From a virus (lineage: Duplodnaviria > Heunggongvirae > Uroviricota > Caudoviricetes), in the IMG/VR virus record IMGVR_UViG_3300029258_003331: 64,000 nt of DNA; one strand, given 5' to 3'. Position 1 is the first letter of the stretch. Each line of letters starts with the position of its first letter. Below the pieces are notes generated by a model that saw only the letters and a list, made by a program, of their open reading frames with translations, was not told where the DNA came from and did not search any database. Positions 8,979 through 17,732 of this stretch are shown one piece after another. A program made the position numbers and the translations under genes.

Positions 8979-9269
8979 ATGAATCAAAACGAAATTGCCG
9001 AGCGCGTAGCATATAGCGAAAAGCAGTGGGAACAGGCAACCCGGCTTATCGAGAGCGGTGACTCGTTGGTGAAGATTCTGCAGCAGGACTTAGATCGGGT
9101 GCAGAAAGCCGTGGACGCTGCTCAGAGGCAACTTAAGGGAGCGCAGCGGGCAGGAGCAGGCAGGACGATTTCTCCGGATATTATTGACGCCCACATCATT
9201 CCGGCTCTGCGCACAATGAATTCGACGGTGCATGGTCTCTTTGAGCAGGCAAAGGCAACCGTGAAATGA
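8979..9269 (+). CDS. Hypothetical protein (96 aa) with weak motif NEIAERVAYS
   Basis: ATG 8979 is 9 nt after GGAG. Stop overlaps the next gene start (ATGA). Confidence 0.5.
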   Translation: MNQNEIAERVAYSEKQWEQATRLIESGDSLVKILQQDLDRVQKAVDAAQRQLKGAQRAGAGRTISPDIIDAHIIPALRTMNSTVHGLFEQAKATVK

Positions 9270-10777
9270 GTATCGCTGACGTCACATATACCAACATTAC
9301 TTTCCAAAAAGCCAAAGCAACGGCGGCGCAGATGGGGGCGACGTTGTTTTGGTATGAAGGTGTGCCTTGGATCATGCGAAAGGGGCAGTGGGAAATAGAC
9401 AGGCAGAAGCCCAGACTGAAAGCCCGGAAACGCACGGCAAGGATGTCGGTGAAAAAAGACGGTGAGACAACAGACAGGCGTATTGCTGTCGAACTAATCA
9501 GAGTTGCCGACTTGCTGTTGGGTTCCAGGGCAAAGTTCTTGATGGATGAAGCAGGGGGAGGAGAACCGCAGGGACGGCTATATCGGTCACTGAGGTCTTT
9601 GACAAAGAGCAACAATGGTCTTTGGGAGTCCCCGAAGCAACGTGACTTCATCAAACGTATGATTCAGAGAGGTGGCAAGAGCCCGACGAGTGGCTATTTT
9701 TCTGCTAAGATGCTTGCCAAGGCACCTTCCCAGCCTTACACGGGCATTGTTGGTACGGAATACTGGCACGGGAGAAACTGGGGCAAAAAGCAGCGATACA
9801 TGCTCTACGTGTATTTTGTCGATGATTACGGTATTGTGCGAGAGTTAAAAGGCAAGATGAAGTACAACGAGAAGGAGGGGCTAGGTCCTGAACTTGTCGG
9901 TTTCCAAGTTACGTTTGACCGCCCAGCAAATCTCGGGCTCGTTCAAGAAGAGAAAGAAGATCCGTGGTTTGATGAGCACCGGAAAGAAATCGACTTTGCC
10001 AAAGAATGGTTGGGCGACAACGATTTCTGGAAGAAATGGCTGGGGGAATTAGATGACGGTGTGCGTATTCCAGACAAGATGTGGGAACGCATGTTAGAAG
10101 ATGCCGAGAGGGAGAGTACAAAGGACGCACTCGAAGGATTTCCACGGGCTCCTACTAAGACTGAACTAGAACTGAAGATACAGTTCGTGAAGGTTTACGA
10201 AGGACAGTACGGAACCTCGGTCGGTTTAGGAGGAGTGGATAAGCGTTACCCTGAACGTTGTTTTATCATGGTAAGCGCTGATTGGTTGGACAGGAACTTG
10301 CCTCAAGACATGGCAGATGATTTTGATGCGTGGCTCAATGGATACGAGGATGTTTCTCCCAGACCAGTGCTTAAGGGCAAGACCATGACCATCGCGGGGG
10401 AATTCGAATCAGACGGCGAGGTCATCAAAAAAGTGAAGCGCGCCCGACTGAAGATGGTGAAAATCGCAAAAAGGGCTAGCATGAAATTGCGGATGACGAA
10501 TGGACGTGCCGAAAAGCGAGTAACCGAGCAACTCCAGGGAATGAAACTCAAGGCTCGGAACAAGGGAGATGTTAACAGCGCGGTTATCTCTGGGGGCTAC
10601 TATGCCGGAAAGCACGAGCAAAGAGCGTATGTCTATCCTGGTAACTCCTACGGAACGGCGGTGTGGAGAGTGACGTTCAAGGAAAACGAGGCATTGAATC
10701 CGATAAACAACTCGGGTGCTTTTTTGTTCACGGTCGATCCTGATTTGACTGTGACGCGCTGGGACACGAGAAAATGA
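9266..10777 (+). CDS. Hypothetical protein (503 aa) carrying the family helix (DRRIAVELIRVADLLLG) at residues about 70-86
   Basis: ATGA-coupled start. Long ORF with diverse composition. An in-frame ATG (9443) lies 10 codons before the motif. Confidence 0.85.
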   Translation: MSIADVTYTNITFQKAKATAAQMGATLFWYEGVPWIMRKGQWEIDRQKPRLKARKRTARMSVKKDGETTDRRIAVELIRVADLLLGSRAKFLMDEAGGGEPQGRLYRSLRSLTKSNNGLWESPKQRDFIKRMIQRGGKSPTSGYFSAKMLAKAPSQPYTGIVGTEYWHGRNWGKKQRYMLYVYFVDDYGIVRELKGKMKYNEKEGLGPELVGFQVTFDRPANLGLVQEEKEDPWFDEHRKEIDFAKEWLGDNDFWKKWLGELDDGVRIPDKMWERMLEDAERESTKDALEGFPRAPTKTELELKIQFVKVYEGQYGTSVGLGGVDKRYPERCFIMVSADWLDRNLPQDMADDFDAWLNGYEDVSPRPVLKGKTMTIAGEFESDGEVIKKVKRARLKMVKIAKRASMKLRMTNGRAEKRVTEQLQGMKLKARNKGDVNSAVISGGYYAGKHEQRAYVYPGNSYGTAVWRVTFKENEALNPINNSGAFLFTVDPDLTVTRWDTRK

Positions 10778-11118
10778 AGCGACGAGCCAAACCTGCGATA
10801 CCCTACACTCTCAAGCGGGCAGGCTTTCGCGTGGTTGAGAAACCCGACGCGATGAGTGGCGCGATAGAACGATTCTTAGTGTCGAGCGATGACATTTTCG
10901 GCGTTGTGGATGTTTTGACTTCTGCCGGCTGGAAAGTGTCGAAGCGCAGTCAAAAAGAGATCATGCTGAAGGATCAACAAACGGCATTAAGAGTGCGTTT
11001 GACGAACGACCGGCGCTATCCCATTAGTCTGGCGAGATACCATACTGTTCCTACCGGTTTGGCGCTTAACGTGGCTTCTGAACTGGTGAAGATAGCCAGG
11101 ATTGTTGTGACCGGATAA
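10774..11118 (+). CDS. Small protein (114 aa) ending in the family helix (…VASELVKIARIVVTG)
   Basis: ATGA overlap with the upstream gene. Motif is at the extreme C-terminus. Confidence 0.7.
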   Translation: MKRRAKPAIPYTLKRAGFRVVEKPDAMSGAIERFLVSSDDIFGVVDVLTSAGWKVSKRSQKEIMLKDQQTALRVRLTNDRRYPISLARYHTVPTGLALNVASELVKIARIVVTG

Positions 11119-11128
11119 GGACTGGAAA

Positions 11129-12478
11129 ATGACAGACGAGGTCCCTGATTTTGTTTTGGCAGCATGCAAGCGCGTGAAGGGGAAATATGGTCCCGTTCAC
11201 GCGAGCTGTATGACGATTTGCCTTGACCGGTTGCCGCTGAATTGGTGGGCTGACGTGATTTTAACGTCGAAATCACTACGACGTGCCTGGTTTGGCATCG
11301 TAAAGTCTGCTGGGCTGTGGTACTGGTTCACACACTACTACACTCCGGATGGTAAACACCGAGTACAGAAGGAGATTAAGGGTATCCAGGAGCGCTTTGA
11401 GCAGGCTATGAAAACGTTCAAAAATGCCCTCGTCGGGGAGCTGGCGCGAGAGGCATACGATGGCTTGCTAATGGTCATGGAGAAAAATGGTGAAAAGGAG
11501 ATAAGCAGCAGAATGCACCATGCGCGCGCCCTCTTGATGGATGACGAAATGGGTAGCATAATCAGGACGATACCCCTCGCTTTAAGGAAGGTGCCGGCGT
11601 ACATCCTCAGAAAACTGAAGGAAAAGATTACGAAGGTCATGACGGAGATGGTAACTTCTTCGGCGACGCAAATGGCTGTAACCAAGGAACCACCATTAAA
11701 GGGAATCCAGCGCAAGAAAAAAATCAAAGAGCAACGGAAATACAACCAGAAACACAAGCAGCAAATCCAGAGAGAAATGGAAAAGCAGCGGAAAAGAACG
11801 TGCCACGGAAAACCGAAGGGATGTAGCCGGCAGGAACGGGTCTGGAAACATCCGAGAGAAGGAGCAGAGATGAGACAGGTCGCGAGAGAATTGGTGCGGC
11901 TGGCAAAGAGGATTACCTACGCACCCACCAAAAACATGACGCCAGAGGAAGCCAAGAAAAAGGTCCAAGACGCTGTGAAGGAAATGCAGGCTCTTCACGA
12001 CAAGGCAACGAAAGCCGAAGGTGACAAGCTCGACCTCAAACTCTTGCGCAACCGGGTACAACAGGCGCTCAGGGAAGACGTTGCCAGTCTGAAGGCTCTT
12101 GCTGGACATCTTGATCTTGACGACGTTGACATCAAGAAGGTCGAAACTGCGTTAAAAAAGGACCTCGCAGCACTGAAGAAGAAAAGCGCCTCAGAAGAAG
12201 GCAACAGGCAAGCATCTGAAAGTTTGTTCTATGCCCTGATTGACCCGAAGGACATTCACAAATTGAAAAGCGAAGTAGACGAGCAGACGTATGAACTGGC
12301 ACTCAAGGTTGCGGTTCAACTTGCTAAGGATTTCACGCCTGACCGCAATCAGAGGGAAGCCATAAACCGACTAAAGATGAGCGTGAGCGGTCATGTAAGG
12401 GGAGCGGACCTTCACAGAAACAACATCTTCAAGGCAGCACACGCTTTGGGAATAAAATTGCCGAGTATGATGTTCTAG
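11129..12478 (+). CDS. K/E-rich coiled-coil-like protein (449 aa) with internal family helix (MRQVARELVRLAKRIT) at residue 248
   Basis: Long ORF. The internal in-frame ATG 11870 is preceded by GAGAAGGAGCAGAG RBS, so the C-terminal 203 aa may also be made as a separate helix-family protein. Confidence 0.8.
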   Translation: MTDEVPDFVLAACKRVKGKYGPVHASCMTICLDRLPLNWWADVILTSKSLRRAWFGIVKSAGLWYWFTHYYTPDGKHRVQKEIKGIQERFEQAMKTFKNALVGELAREAYDGLLMVMEKNGEKEISSRMHHARALLMDDEMGSIIRTIPLALRKVPAYILRKLKEKITKVMTEMVTSSATQMAVTKEPPLKGIQRKKKIKEQRKYNQKHKQQIQREMEKQRKRTCHGKPKGCSRQERVWKHPREGAEMRQVARELVRLAKRITYAPTKNMTPEEAKKKVQDAVKEMQALHDKATKAEGDKLDLKLLRNRVQQALREDVASLKALAGHLDLDDVDIKKVETALKKDLAALKKKSASEEGNRQASESLFYALIDPKDIHKLKSEVDEQTYELALKVAVQLAKDFTPDRNQREAINRLKMSVSGHVRGADLHRNNIFKAAHALGIKLPSMMF

Positions 12479-12488
12479 GAGGTGTGCG

Positions 12489-12659
12489 ATGAGTGTGTCA
12501 GACTTGACCGATGAGCCCACCTCGGAAACGCAAGTCATTCGGTCATGTAATACGCTGCTGAGTATGCTATACTCCGTTCAGCGCATCTTGCGAAACAGGT
12601 GCGGCGAAGAAGAATCAGATGAAGTGCAAATTGAGTTGAACCGAGAAATTGTCGCGTAA
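12489..12659 (+). CDS. Possible small protein (56 aa)
   Basis: TAGGAGGTGTGCG then ATG. Below the table threshold. Followed by a 10-bp imperfect hairpin overlapping the next start region. Confidence 0.4.
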   Translation: MSVSDLTDEPTSETQVIRSCNTLLSMLYSVQRILRNRCGEEESDEVQIELNREIVA

Positions 12660-12693
12660 GAAAACTTGCGCGACGGTTAGATGGAGGAGTCAG

Positions 12694-13083
12694 ATGCCCA
12701 GGACGACGAAGAAGGAATGGGAAGCCGCATTGAAAAAGGACGAGGCTGACCTGCGTTGGTACGAAGATGCCCTGAAGAAGATTCAGAGGGGCGAATCAGT
12801 GGAGAACCTGAGCGAGGACGGAGCCAAGAGCGTAATCCGAGGGCTGCAACAAGTCATCAAAAACAAGAAGGGCTTGATGAGGAACCTGTCTGCCTCTGCG
12901 GTAGCATCCGAGTTGCTGCGGTTGGCGAAGGAAATCGTAGCGGCGGACGAACCGAGCAACCTGAACAAGAGAGAACGCCAGAGGGTCAAGGAACTCTGGG
13001 ACAAAGAACCTGACCTGACCTCCGCAGAACGCAGGGAACTGAAGCAATTCGAAAAGAGAATGCGCGGTCAGATGACGTTCTGA
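12694..13083 (+). CDS. Charged protein (129 aa) with internal family helix (AVASELLRLAKEIVAADE)
   Basis: GGAGGAG RBS then ATG 12694. The table ORF begins at a TTG at 12649. Confidence 0.7.
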   Translation: MPRTTKKEWEAALKKDEADLRWYEDALKKIQRGESVENLSEDGAKSVIRGLQQVIKNKKGLMRNLSASAVASELLRLAKEIVAADEPSNLNKRERQRVKELWDKEPDLTSAERRELKQFEKRMRGQMTF

Positions 13084-13313
13084 GTACCTTCCGAGAACTC
13101 CGAGAGGCGTTGAAAGCGCTGGATAGTGGCAGAGGTGACAAAATGGATTTTTACGACACGCAAGATGCGGCATTTTTACTGCGCAACTTGTGTGGGGAAC
13201 TGTCTGGTAAACTGTCCACCGTTTCGAGGACAATGGATACGCTAGCCAAGGACCTGAAAAAAGCCACCTGAAATTCACGGAACCAGCCTCTCCCAGCGGC
13301 TGTTCTCCTCACG

Positions 13314-13348
13314 TGATCCCTGCTCGCAAGAGTGGGGATCATTTTTTG
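13314..13348 (+). terminator. Rho-independent terminator
   Basis: TGATCCC-13nt loop-GGGATCA followed by TTTTTTG. Confidence 0.6.
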
Positions 13349-13368
13349 TGTCCGGTGTCGCGCTGAGG

Positions 13369-13377
13369 TGATATAAT
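13369..13377 (+). promoter_or_regulatory. Extended -10 promoter TGATATAAT, abuts a start codon (leaderless?)
   Basis: -10 ends 6 nt before ATG 13384. Confidence 0.45.
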
Positions 13378-13383
13378 GAAAAC

Positions 13384-13563
13384 ATGAAGCCGGATTATGA
13401 GTTGTGCAAGAAACATTGCCGCCGTGCCCACAGGTGTTTCAAAAGGAAGCACTTGCGAGAGGCAGATGGCACAGTGAGAGTTATCGCGAGGAAACCGGAG
13501 GAATTGCCGTCCTGGTGTCCTTTCGTGCTTGAACACCTGATGAAGCGAACGCCGGGCTCGTGA
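13384..13563 (+). CDS. Small Cys-rich protein (59 aa) ending …SWCPFVLEHLMKRTPGS; paralogue of 15662..15850
   Basis: ATG 6-7 nt after the TGATATAAT -10 box, so likely leaderless. Shares the CPF(V/L)LEHLM C-terminal signature with 15662..15850. Confidence 0.55.
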   Translation: MKPDYELCKKHCRRAHRCFKRKHLREADGTVRVIARKPEELPSWCPFVLEHLMKRTPGS

Positions 13564-13732
13564 CCTAGAGTACTCGCCTGTCAGCAATCACATGATAACG
13601 GTTGGCGGGGTCATCTGCGTCTGGACCTCCCCTTGTGGCTTTGAATCCACTCATGTGAAGGCGTGTCAGGACAGTTGCTGATTATTCGAGCGGTCCCTTG
13701 AGTTCTACTGTTTGGATCAGGGACGTTTTCAC

Positions 13733-13945
13733 CTACTCTGTTTCTGTTTCTGCGTGGAGCCCAGAGAGCATCGCGGCGACCGGAATCATACATTCGTTGG
13801 TTTCGCCGCACCTGTTTGCGCCTCGGATGATTTTACTCGCCTCGTTCCGTTCGTAGATACCGGCTCCGCTGAGTTCGGTTGAGTATCCCCGCGAGTTGGG
13901 AGCCCACCAGGCATTGTGCTCGATGCTCCAAATGAGATATTTCAT
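13733..13945 (-). CDS. Hypothetical protein (70 aa)
   Basis: ATGA overlap with the upstream L7/L12-like gene, suggesting translational coupling. Confidence 0.5.
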   Translation of the reverse strand: MKYLIWSIEHNAWWAPNSRGYSTELSGAGIYERNEASKIIRGANRCGETNECMIPVAAMLSGLHAETETE

Positions 13946-14289
13946 GTGATTTGTTCTTTCAGTTCAAGCGCTTTTGCAAAAGCCACGGTGAGATGCGGCA
14001 GCACGGAAGGCATTTCTCGCTGAGTTGCCAATTGGATGGCTGCCTTGATGTGTTGGATAATGTCGTCACTTGGGTCGTAGGTGGAGAAGGTGAAGCCGGC
14101 GTTGTGGAGTGTTGTTGTCGCTCGGGTGGCTTTTTCCTTGTTGAGGGAGATTTGCCGTGTTTCACCGGCTGCGACCGAGTCAATGATGAGTTTTGAATCC
14201 TTGAGCCCCAGATTAGTGACTTCGCGGAGCGCTTTGATGGCTGGTATGCGGTTCTCGTTTGTGGGGACAGCCGTGATGACGAGTTCCAT
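13942..14289 (-). CDS. Ribosomal protein L7/L12 C-terminal-domain-like protein (115 aa)
   Basis: AAAGGAAAGAACC then ATG. IPAIKALREVTNLGLKDSKLIIDSVAAGE aligns with the bL12 CTD consensus ([23 protein letters not shown]). Lacks the bL12 N-terminal dimerisation and hinge region. Confidence 0.7.
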   Translation of the reverse strand: MELVITAVPTNENRIPAIKALREVTNLGLKDSKLIIDSVAAGETRQISLNKEKATRATTTLHNAGFTFSTYDPSDDIIQHIKAAIQLATQREMPSVLPHLTVAFAKALELKEQIT

Positions 14290-14320
14290 GGTTCTTTCCT
14301 TTCTAAAAGGCTTCAAATTG

Positions 14321-14671
14321 TCAGGATACGCCTTTGGGCGGTTCCAGGAAGAACGGTGTTTCTGCGGTGGACGCCTCAATTGCGGATTTCAGACCGGCAA
14401 GCGTTCCCGTCTCTATTCCGCAGTGTTCCCGGGGACAGCCGTCTGTGGCGGATTGACAGTGCTCCACAAGTAAGCATTGTTCGCAATTTTGGTTTTCCGG
14501 TTCGTATTCGCCGTAGCATTGTGCAATGGATTGTATGTGCTGCACAAACGCGCGGCTTTTGCGGCAACTTTGCTGGAATCCGCAGTCCTCGCAGGAAAAA
14601 CGGCTGTCGTAGTTACCGTGGCATTTGGGTACGGTTTCCGGGGCTGTTTTCGTGTCAGGCATCTTGGTCAT
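14321..14671 (-). CDS. Cys-rich putative metal-binding protein (116 aa, at least 12 Cys)
   Basis: CEDCGF…C, CEQC…C…C…C clusters. Start may be internal. Confidence 0.6.
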   Translation of the reverse strand: MTKMPDTKTAPETVPKCHGNYDSRFSCEDCGFQQSCRKSRAFVQHIQSIAQCYGEYEPENQNCEQCLLVEHCQSATDGCPREHCGIETGTLAGLKSAIEASTAETPFFLEPPKGVS

Positions 14672-14900
14672 CCTCCAAAACCAGGAAAATGGCTGGCGGT
14701 GGCTCGGGCGCAGTGTCGAATTTTAGGAACTGAACCTCGATGTCGTTTGCGTTGAGAGTTGTGTCGGTGGCTTCTCCGGTTTTAGGGTCCGTGCCAAGAA
14801 TCAGAGCGCTCTCCAGAATAGGGCGAGGCGAAAACCGGGCAAGAAAGCCCTGCGTTTCGGAGTGGAGAAAAGCCTCTTGTGTAATGTTATCACGTTCCAT
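14655..14900 (-). CDS. Hypothetical small acidic protein (81 aa)
   Basis: In-operon ORF with short overlaps on both sides. Confidence 0.45.
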   Translation of the reverse strand: MERDNITQEAFLHSETQGFLARFSPRPILESALILGTDPKTGEATDTTLNANDIEVQFLKFDTAPEPPPAIFLVLEDDQDA

Positions 14901-15366
14901 AGAAGACGCATACCAGGTGTTTTGAGTTATCGGTTAGTGCCATGGCTTCCATCAGTCCCAGCAACCACCGAAAGCGGCGATAATCGCTGTTCTGCACGTC
15001 AGTGCGCACCGCCTCTAAGACATCCTTGAAAGGAACCAAGACAAGTGGATCGCCATAGTTGTCTTCAGAAAACTCGGTACACCTGTCACTGTGATAAAAA
15101 TACACAAACTCATTTTGATTTTCTTCGGTGACCTTAAGGTACTTATCATGCAACAAGTCGAGGTTGCTATAGTCGATTTTGCTAAGGTCAAGATGCACAG
15201 CAGGCATCAAGTATCGTTGCATACGCCCCGTCTTGATTGGGTTTCCGGCTTTATCCTTTTTATATGGATACCCAGACCCATCTTCATATGGGTTAGTCAA
15301 ATCTTTTGCCAGTTCTGGTACAGGATCTCCAAGGAAACCTATAACAATGTGCGTTTCATATCCCAT
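14890..15366 (-). CDS. Hypothetical protein (158 aa)
   Basis: ATG 15366 after AAAGGGTAAAACC. Composition looks like a globular protein. Confidence 0.7.
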   Translation of the reverse strand: MGYETHIVIGFLGDPVPELAKDLTNPYEDGSGYPYKKDKAGNPIKTGRMQRYLMPAVHLDLSKIDYSNLDLLHDKYLKVTEENQNEFVYFYHSDRCTEFSEDNYGDPLVLVPFKDVLEAVRTDVQNSDYRRFRWLLGLMEAMALTDNSKHLVCVFYGT

Positions 15367-15379
15367 GGTTTTACCCTTT

Positions 15380-15547
15380 CTAAGCATTGACCAGTTTCTT
15401 GGCTACACCACTCCCAAACTTCATTTCCTTTCTGTCCAGCGGTTGGATGAGCCTGCAGCCTGTGAGGGAGTAGATGTTTTCGAGCGTACCGTCGCAATGC
15501 ACATCCCGGATTTGTTTGTTGCGAACGTCAATCAGCACGGCTTTCAT
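15380..15547 (-). CDS. Small protein (55 aa, MKAVLIDVRNKQIRDVHCDG…)
   Basis: Strong AAGGAGG RBS 7 nt before ATG. GACCGGTTATAAGG promoter-like motif 20 nt upstream. Below the table threshold. Confidence 0.5.
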   Translation of the reverse strand: MKAVLIDVRNKQIRDVHCDGTLENIYSLTGCRLIQPLDRKEMKFGSGVAKKLVNA

Positions 15548-15566
15548 CGGGTTTCCTCCTTACTTT

Positions 15567-15585
15567 CCTTATAACCGGTCTCAAA
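15567..15585 (-). promoter_or_regulatory. Conserved TTTGAGACCGGTTATAAGG element, copy 2
   Basis: 20 nt upstream of the 15547 minus-strand start. Heads the 15.5 to 13.7 kb minus operon. Confidence 0.5.
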
Positions 15586-15643
15586 GAGCAAATGCCGTTG
15601 AATTCTGGATTTTTTTCATGTTTGCATCCCAAAATGGCTGATC

Positions 15644-15653
15644 TTGGTATAAA
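15644..15653 (+). promoter_or_regulatory. Extended -10-like TGGTATAAAAT
   Basis: Ends about 8 nt before ATG 15662. Confidence 0.4.
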
Positions 15654-15661
15654 ATGGGGCT

Positions 15662-15850
15662 ATGGAAAGTCAAGTCCACCACAATCTTATGGTTTGCAAC
15701 AGGTGCAAAGAGGCTCGTTGGCTTCGGTGCATGAACGAGCGCCTGCGAGCGAGAGCAGAGTGTTTGAAAGCCAAGGAACCATATGACGAGCGTGATGTGC
15801 CGATAGATTGTCCGTTCTTGCTGGAACATCTCATGGAATCCGGGGCGTAA
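15662..15850 (+). CDS. Small Cys-rich protein (62 aa) ending …DCPFLLEHLMESGA; paralogue of 13384..13563
   Basis: Immediately downstream of a TTGGTATAAAATGG promoter-like element, so likely leaderless. C-terminal signature is shared with 13384..13563. Confidence 0.55.
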   Translation: MESQVHHNLMVCNRCKEARWLRCMNERLRARAECLKAKEPYDERDVPIDCPFLLEHLMESGA

Positions 15851-15866
15851 AAATTCACTTTTTGTT

Positions 15867-15875
15867 GGTATAATC
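15867..15875 (+). promoter_or_regulatory. Extended -10 promoter TGGTATAAT
   Basis: Upstream of the 15922 small Cys-rich gene. Confidence 0.5.
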
Positions 15876-15921
15876 GAAAGGAATCGTTACGGCGTTGCTT
15901 GACCACATGAAAGGGGCATCC

Positions 15922-16107
15922 ATGAAGTGCGATACTTGTGAACATTACTCGGCACAACCCAGGGAGTATTGTGGCTTCGTGGAGGGCGTGTATTGCGACG
16001 GCTGCTATATTGAATACTTGTTGTGCATACGCCAGCAACTGGAGCACGAGGTGAGCCTGACTAAAGTTAACTCTGAAATGATGAGAGAAGGTGATGAGCG
16101 TCGCTAG
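15922..16107 (+). CDS. Small Cys-rich protein (61 aa; CDTC…C…CDGC)
   Basis: AAAGGGG RBS 5 nt before ATG. TTGGTATAAT promoter 45 nt upstream. Confidence 0.5.
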   Translation: MKCDTCEHYSAQPREYCGFVEGVYCDGCYIEYLLCIRQQLEHEVSLTKVNSEMMREGDERR

Positions 16108-16175
16108 GTGGATATGCGAAAAGTGCCGATGGAGAAGGACACCTTTCGAGAGCGCAACCAGACGAGTGGAGCGGG

Positions 16176-16409
16176 ATGAGGAACCCTGCTGGATTGAGTT
16201 GCCAAAAGGTGGAATCACTGCGGGCGGATGAAGCCGAACGTCAGGCTAAGAGAGAGGCTGCAAAACAAGTCACAGTCACGTTTCCGAAGGGGACGGTTAT
16301 CGAGGGAAGCCCGGCGGGAGTCGCTGAGACACTTTTGTTTTTGTTGGGGAAGCGCATCGGAAAAGAGATATCGGAAGTGTTGAGGACGGGGGATCTGTCC
16401 GAGGAATAA
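16176..16409 (+). CDS. Hypothetical protein (77 aa)
   Basis: GGAGCGGG then ATG. Followed by a strong hairpin terminator. Confidence 0.5.
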   Translation: MRNPAGLSCQKVESLRADEAERQAKREAAKQVTVTFPKGTVIEGSPAGVAETLLFLLGKRIGKEISEVLRTGDLSEE

Positions 16410-16427
16410 AACAGGGCAACTAGCCAA

Positions 16428-16465
16428 GAAAAGGGCTAATTCCTATGTGGGAATTAGCCCTTTTT
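16428..16465 (+). terminator. Rho-independent terminator, possibly bidirectional
   Basis: 13-bp stem AAGGGCTAATTCC/GGAATTAGCCCTT, loop TATGTG, then TTTTT. Has an A-run on the other side. Confidence 0.75.
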
Positions 16466-16636
16466 CATGATATTTTCTTAATATTGTGGCTTTCTGTAAG
16501 CCGCTCTGATGGTTTTTGAGTGTCTGGCGGTGTACCAGAGCCTTTTTGGCACTTGGGACGCACAGCGGGCTTCTGTAGCCTTCTGGTGAGTCTAAGAGGC
16601 ACCTTGTGAGGTCAATTTGGGAGACAGGAGAGCGAG

Positions 16637-17722
16637 ATGGCAATGCGAGACGCCTACAAGAACTTTCGTAAAGGGACGTATCTCTACAATTTCTTTGCAG
16701 AGAAGGACGTTCCGGATAGGCTGTTCGACGTCCAGGATTCTCACGGCGTCTTGCATACTATCCCCAATGAAGTTGTGGTGGAACACATCGCTCTGACTTC
16801 TGGTGGGGAGCGTAAGAAAATCGAGGACACCTTGCGCAAAATTGACTTCGCAAATGGCGATGTTAACCACTTTCTGCGGTTCCTTGCCAAAGCCATTGCC
16901 GAGAGATACGAGGGTGTTTTGCGGGCGTCGAACATTGCCGTAGCCCACGAACTGCAGGGCATTGCGTCGCTTCTTGTGACAGCCGGACAGAGGACGGCTC
17001 ACGATGTTGTCAAGTTCCAGCCGGGAGACCTTGTGAAATTCGAGGGTCGGAGTCGTAACATCTTTGAGGTGATGGGCTTCAGCGTCGAGTATGCCCTGGA
17101 AGGACCGAACCCTCGCACCGGCAAAACCGAGTACCTGTTTAGCCTCCCGCACGTAGCCCTGGGGAAGATTTTTCAGTTTGATGGTAGACCTTCCGGTAAG
17201 TACGGGCATGGCGAAGTGGGTGACAATATTGTGATGAAACGCGATTCCAACTACGGCAAAGCGGGACAGAGTTACCGCATTCGGTATGTCCATGTGAAGT
17301 ACAATCTCAAAGGAGTGAACAACAAAAAGCAGATGACCATTGGCGGCGAGAATCTTGTGAAGGCTGATGCTCCCATGCTCGACAAGAAGGGTCGTGATGC
17401 GGTTCAGGCAGCCCAGGACGAGTTTGGCGGCGTAGGTGGTCTTGTGGTGATTGACATGTACCGGCTCATGCGCGAGCGGGTGGGCAAGATTCTCAAGGTC
17501 ACACCGAAGGGCGGACTCATCGTGCAGCAGTTCGGGAGGACCCTTGCTCCTCGCAATGAACTCGACCGGGAGACTTTCAAGCCCAACTTCCAGGACAAGC
17601 TCGACAAGGTCGCATTCACAGCCGACTTGTTCCGGGGCGAGTGGGTGTGGGGGTCGAGCCGTAAGAATTTGCACGTCAAAGGTCCGTACAAGGGCGGTAC
17701 CGTTACGAGTCTGTTGGACTGA
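16637..17722 (+). CDS. Hypothetical protein (361 aa)
   Basis: GGGAGACAGGAGAGCGAG then ATG. Diverse composition. Preferred over the antisense 394-aa R/L/H-rich shadow ORF 16592..17776. Confidence 0.85.
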   Translation: MAMRDAYKNFRKGTYLYNFFAEKDVPDRLFDVQDSHGVLHTIPNEVVVEHIALTSGGERKKIEDTLRKIDFANGDVNHFLRFLAKAIAERYEGVLRASNIAVAHELQGIASLLVTAGQRTAHDVVKFQPGDLVKFEGRSRNIFEVMGFSVEYALEGPNPRTGKTEYLFSLPHVALGKIFQFDGRPSGKYGHGEVGDNIVMKRDSNYGKAGQSYRIRYVHVKYNLKGVNNKKQMTIGGENLVKADAPMLDKKGRDAVQAAQDEFGGVGGLVVIDMYRLMRERVGKILKVTPKGGLIVQQFGRTLAPRNELDRETFKPNFQDKLDKVAFTADLFRGEWVWGSSRKNLHVKGPYKGGTVTSLLD

Positions 17723-17732
17723 GGAGAAAACC

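Noticed and set aside
13143-13271. 42-aa plus ORF (MDFYDTQDAAFLLRNL…) between gene 12694..13083 and terminator 13314
   Set aside because: It is plausible, because it is terminator-proximal and has a faint family-like helix. But it is short and has a weak RBS, so it is not listed as a feature.
17451-17732. Upstream extension of ORF 17451..18116
   Set aside because: It overlaps the end of 16637..17722 and is S/R/C-rich. The real start is ATG 17733, which has a GAGGAG RBS and begins the family helix.
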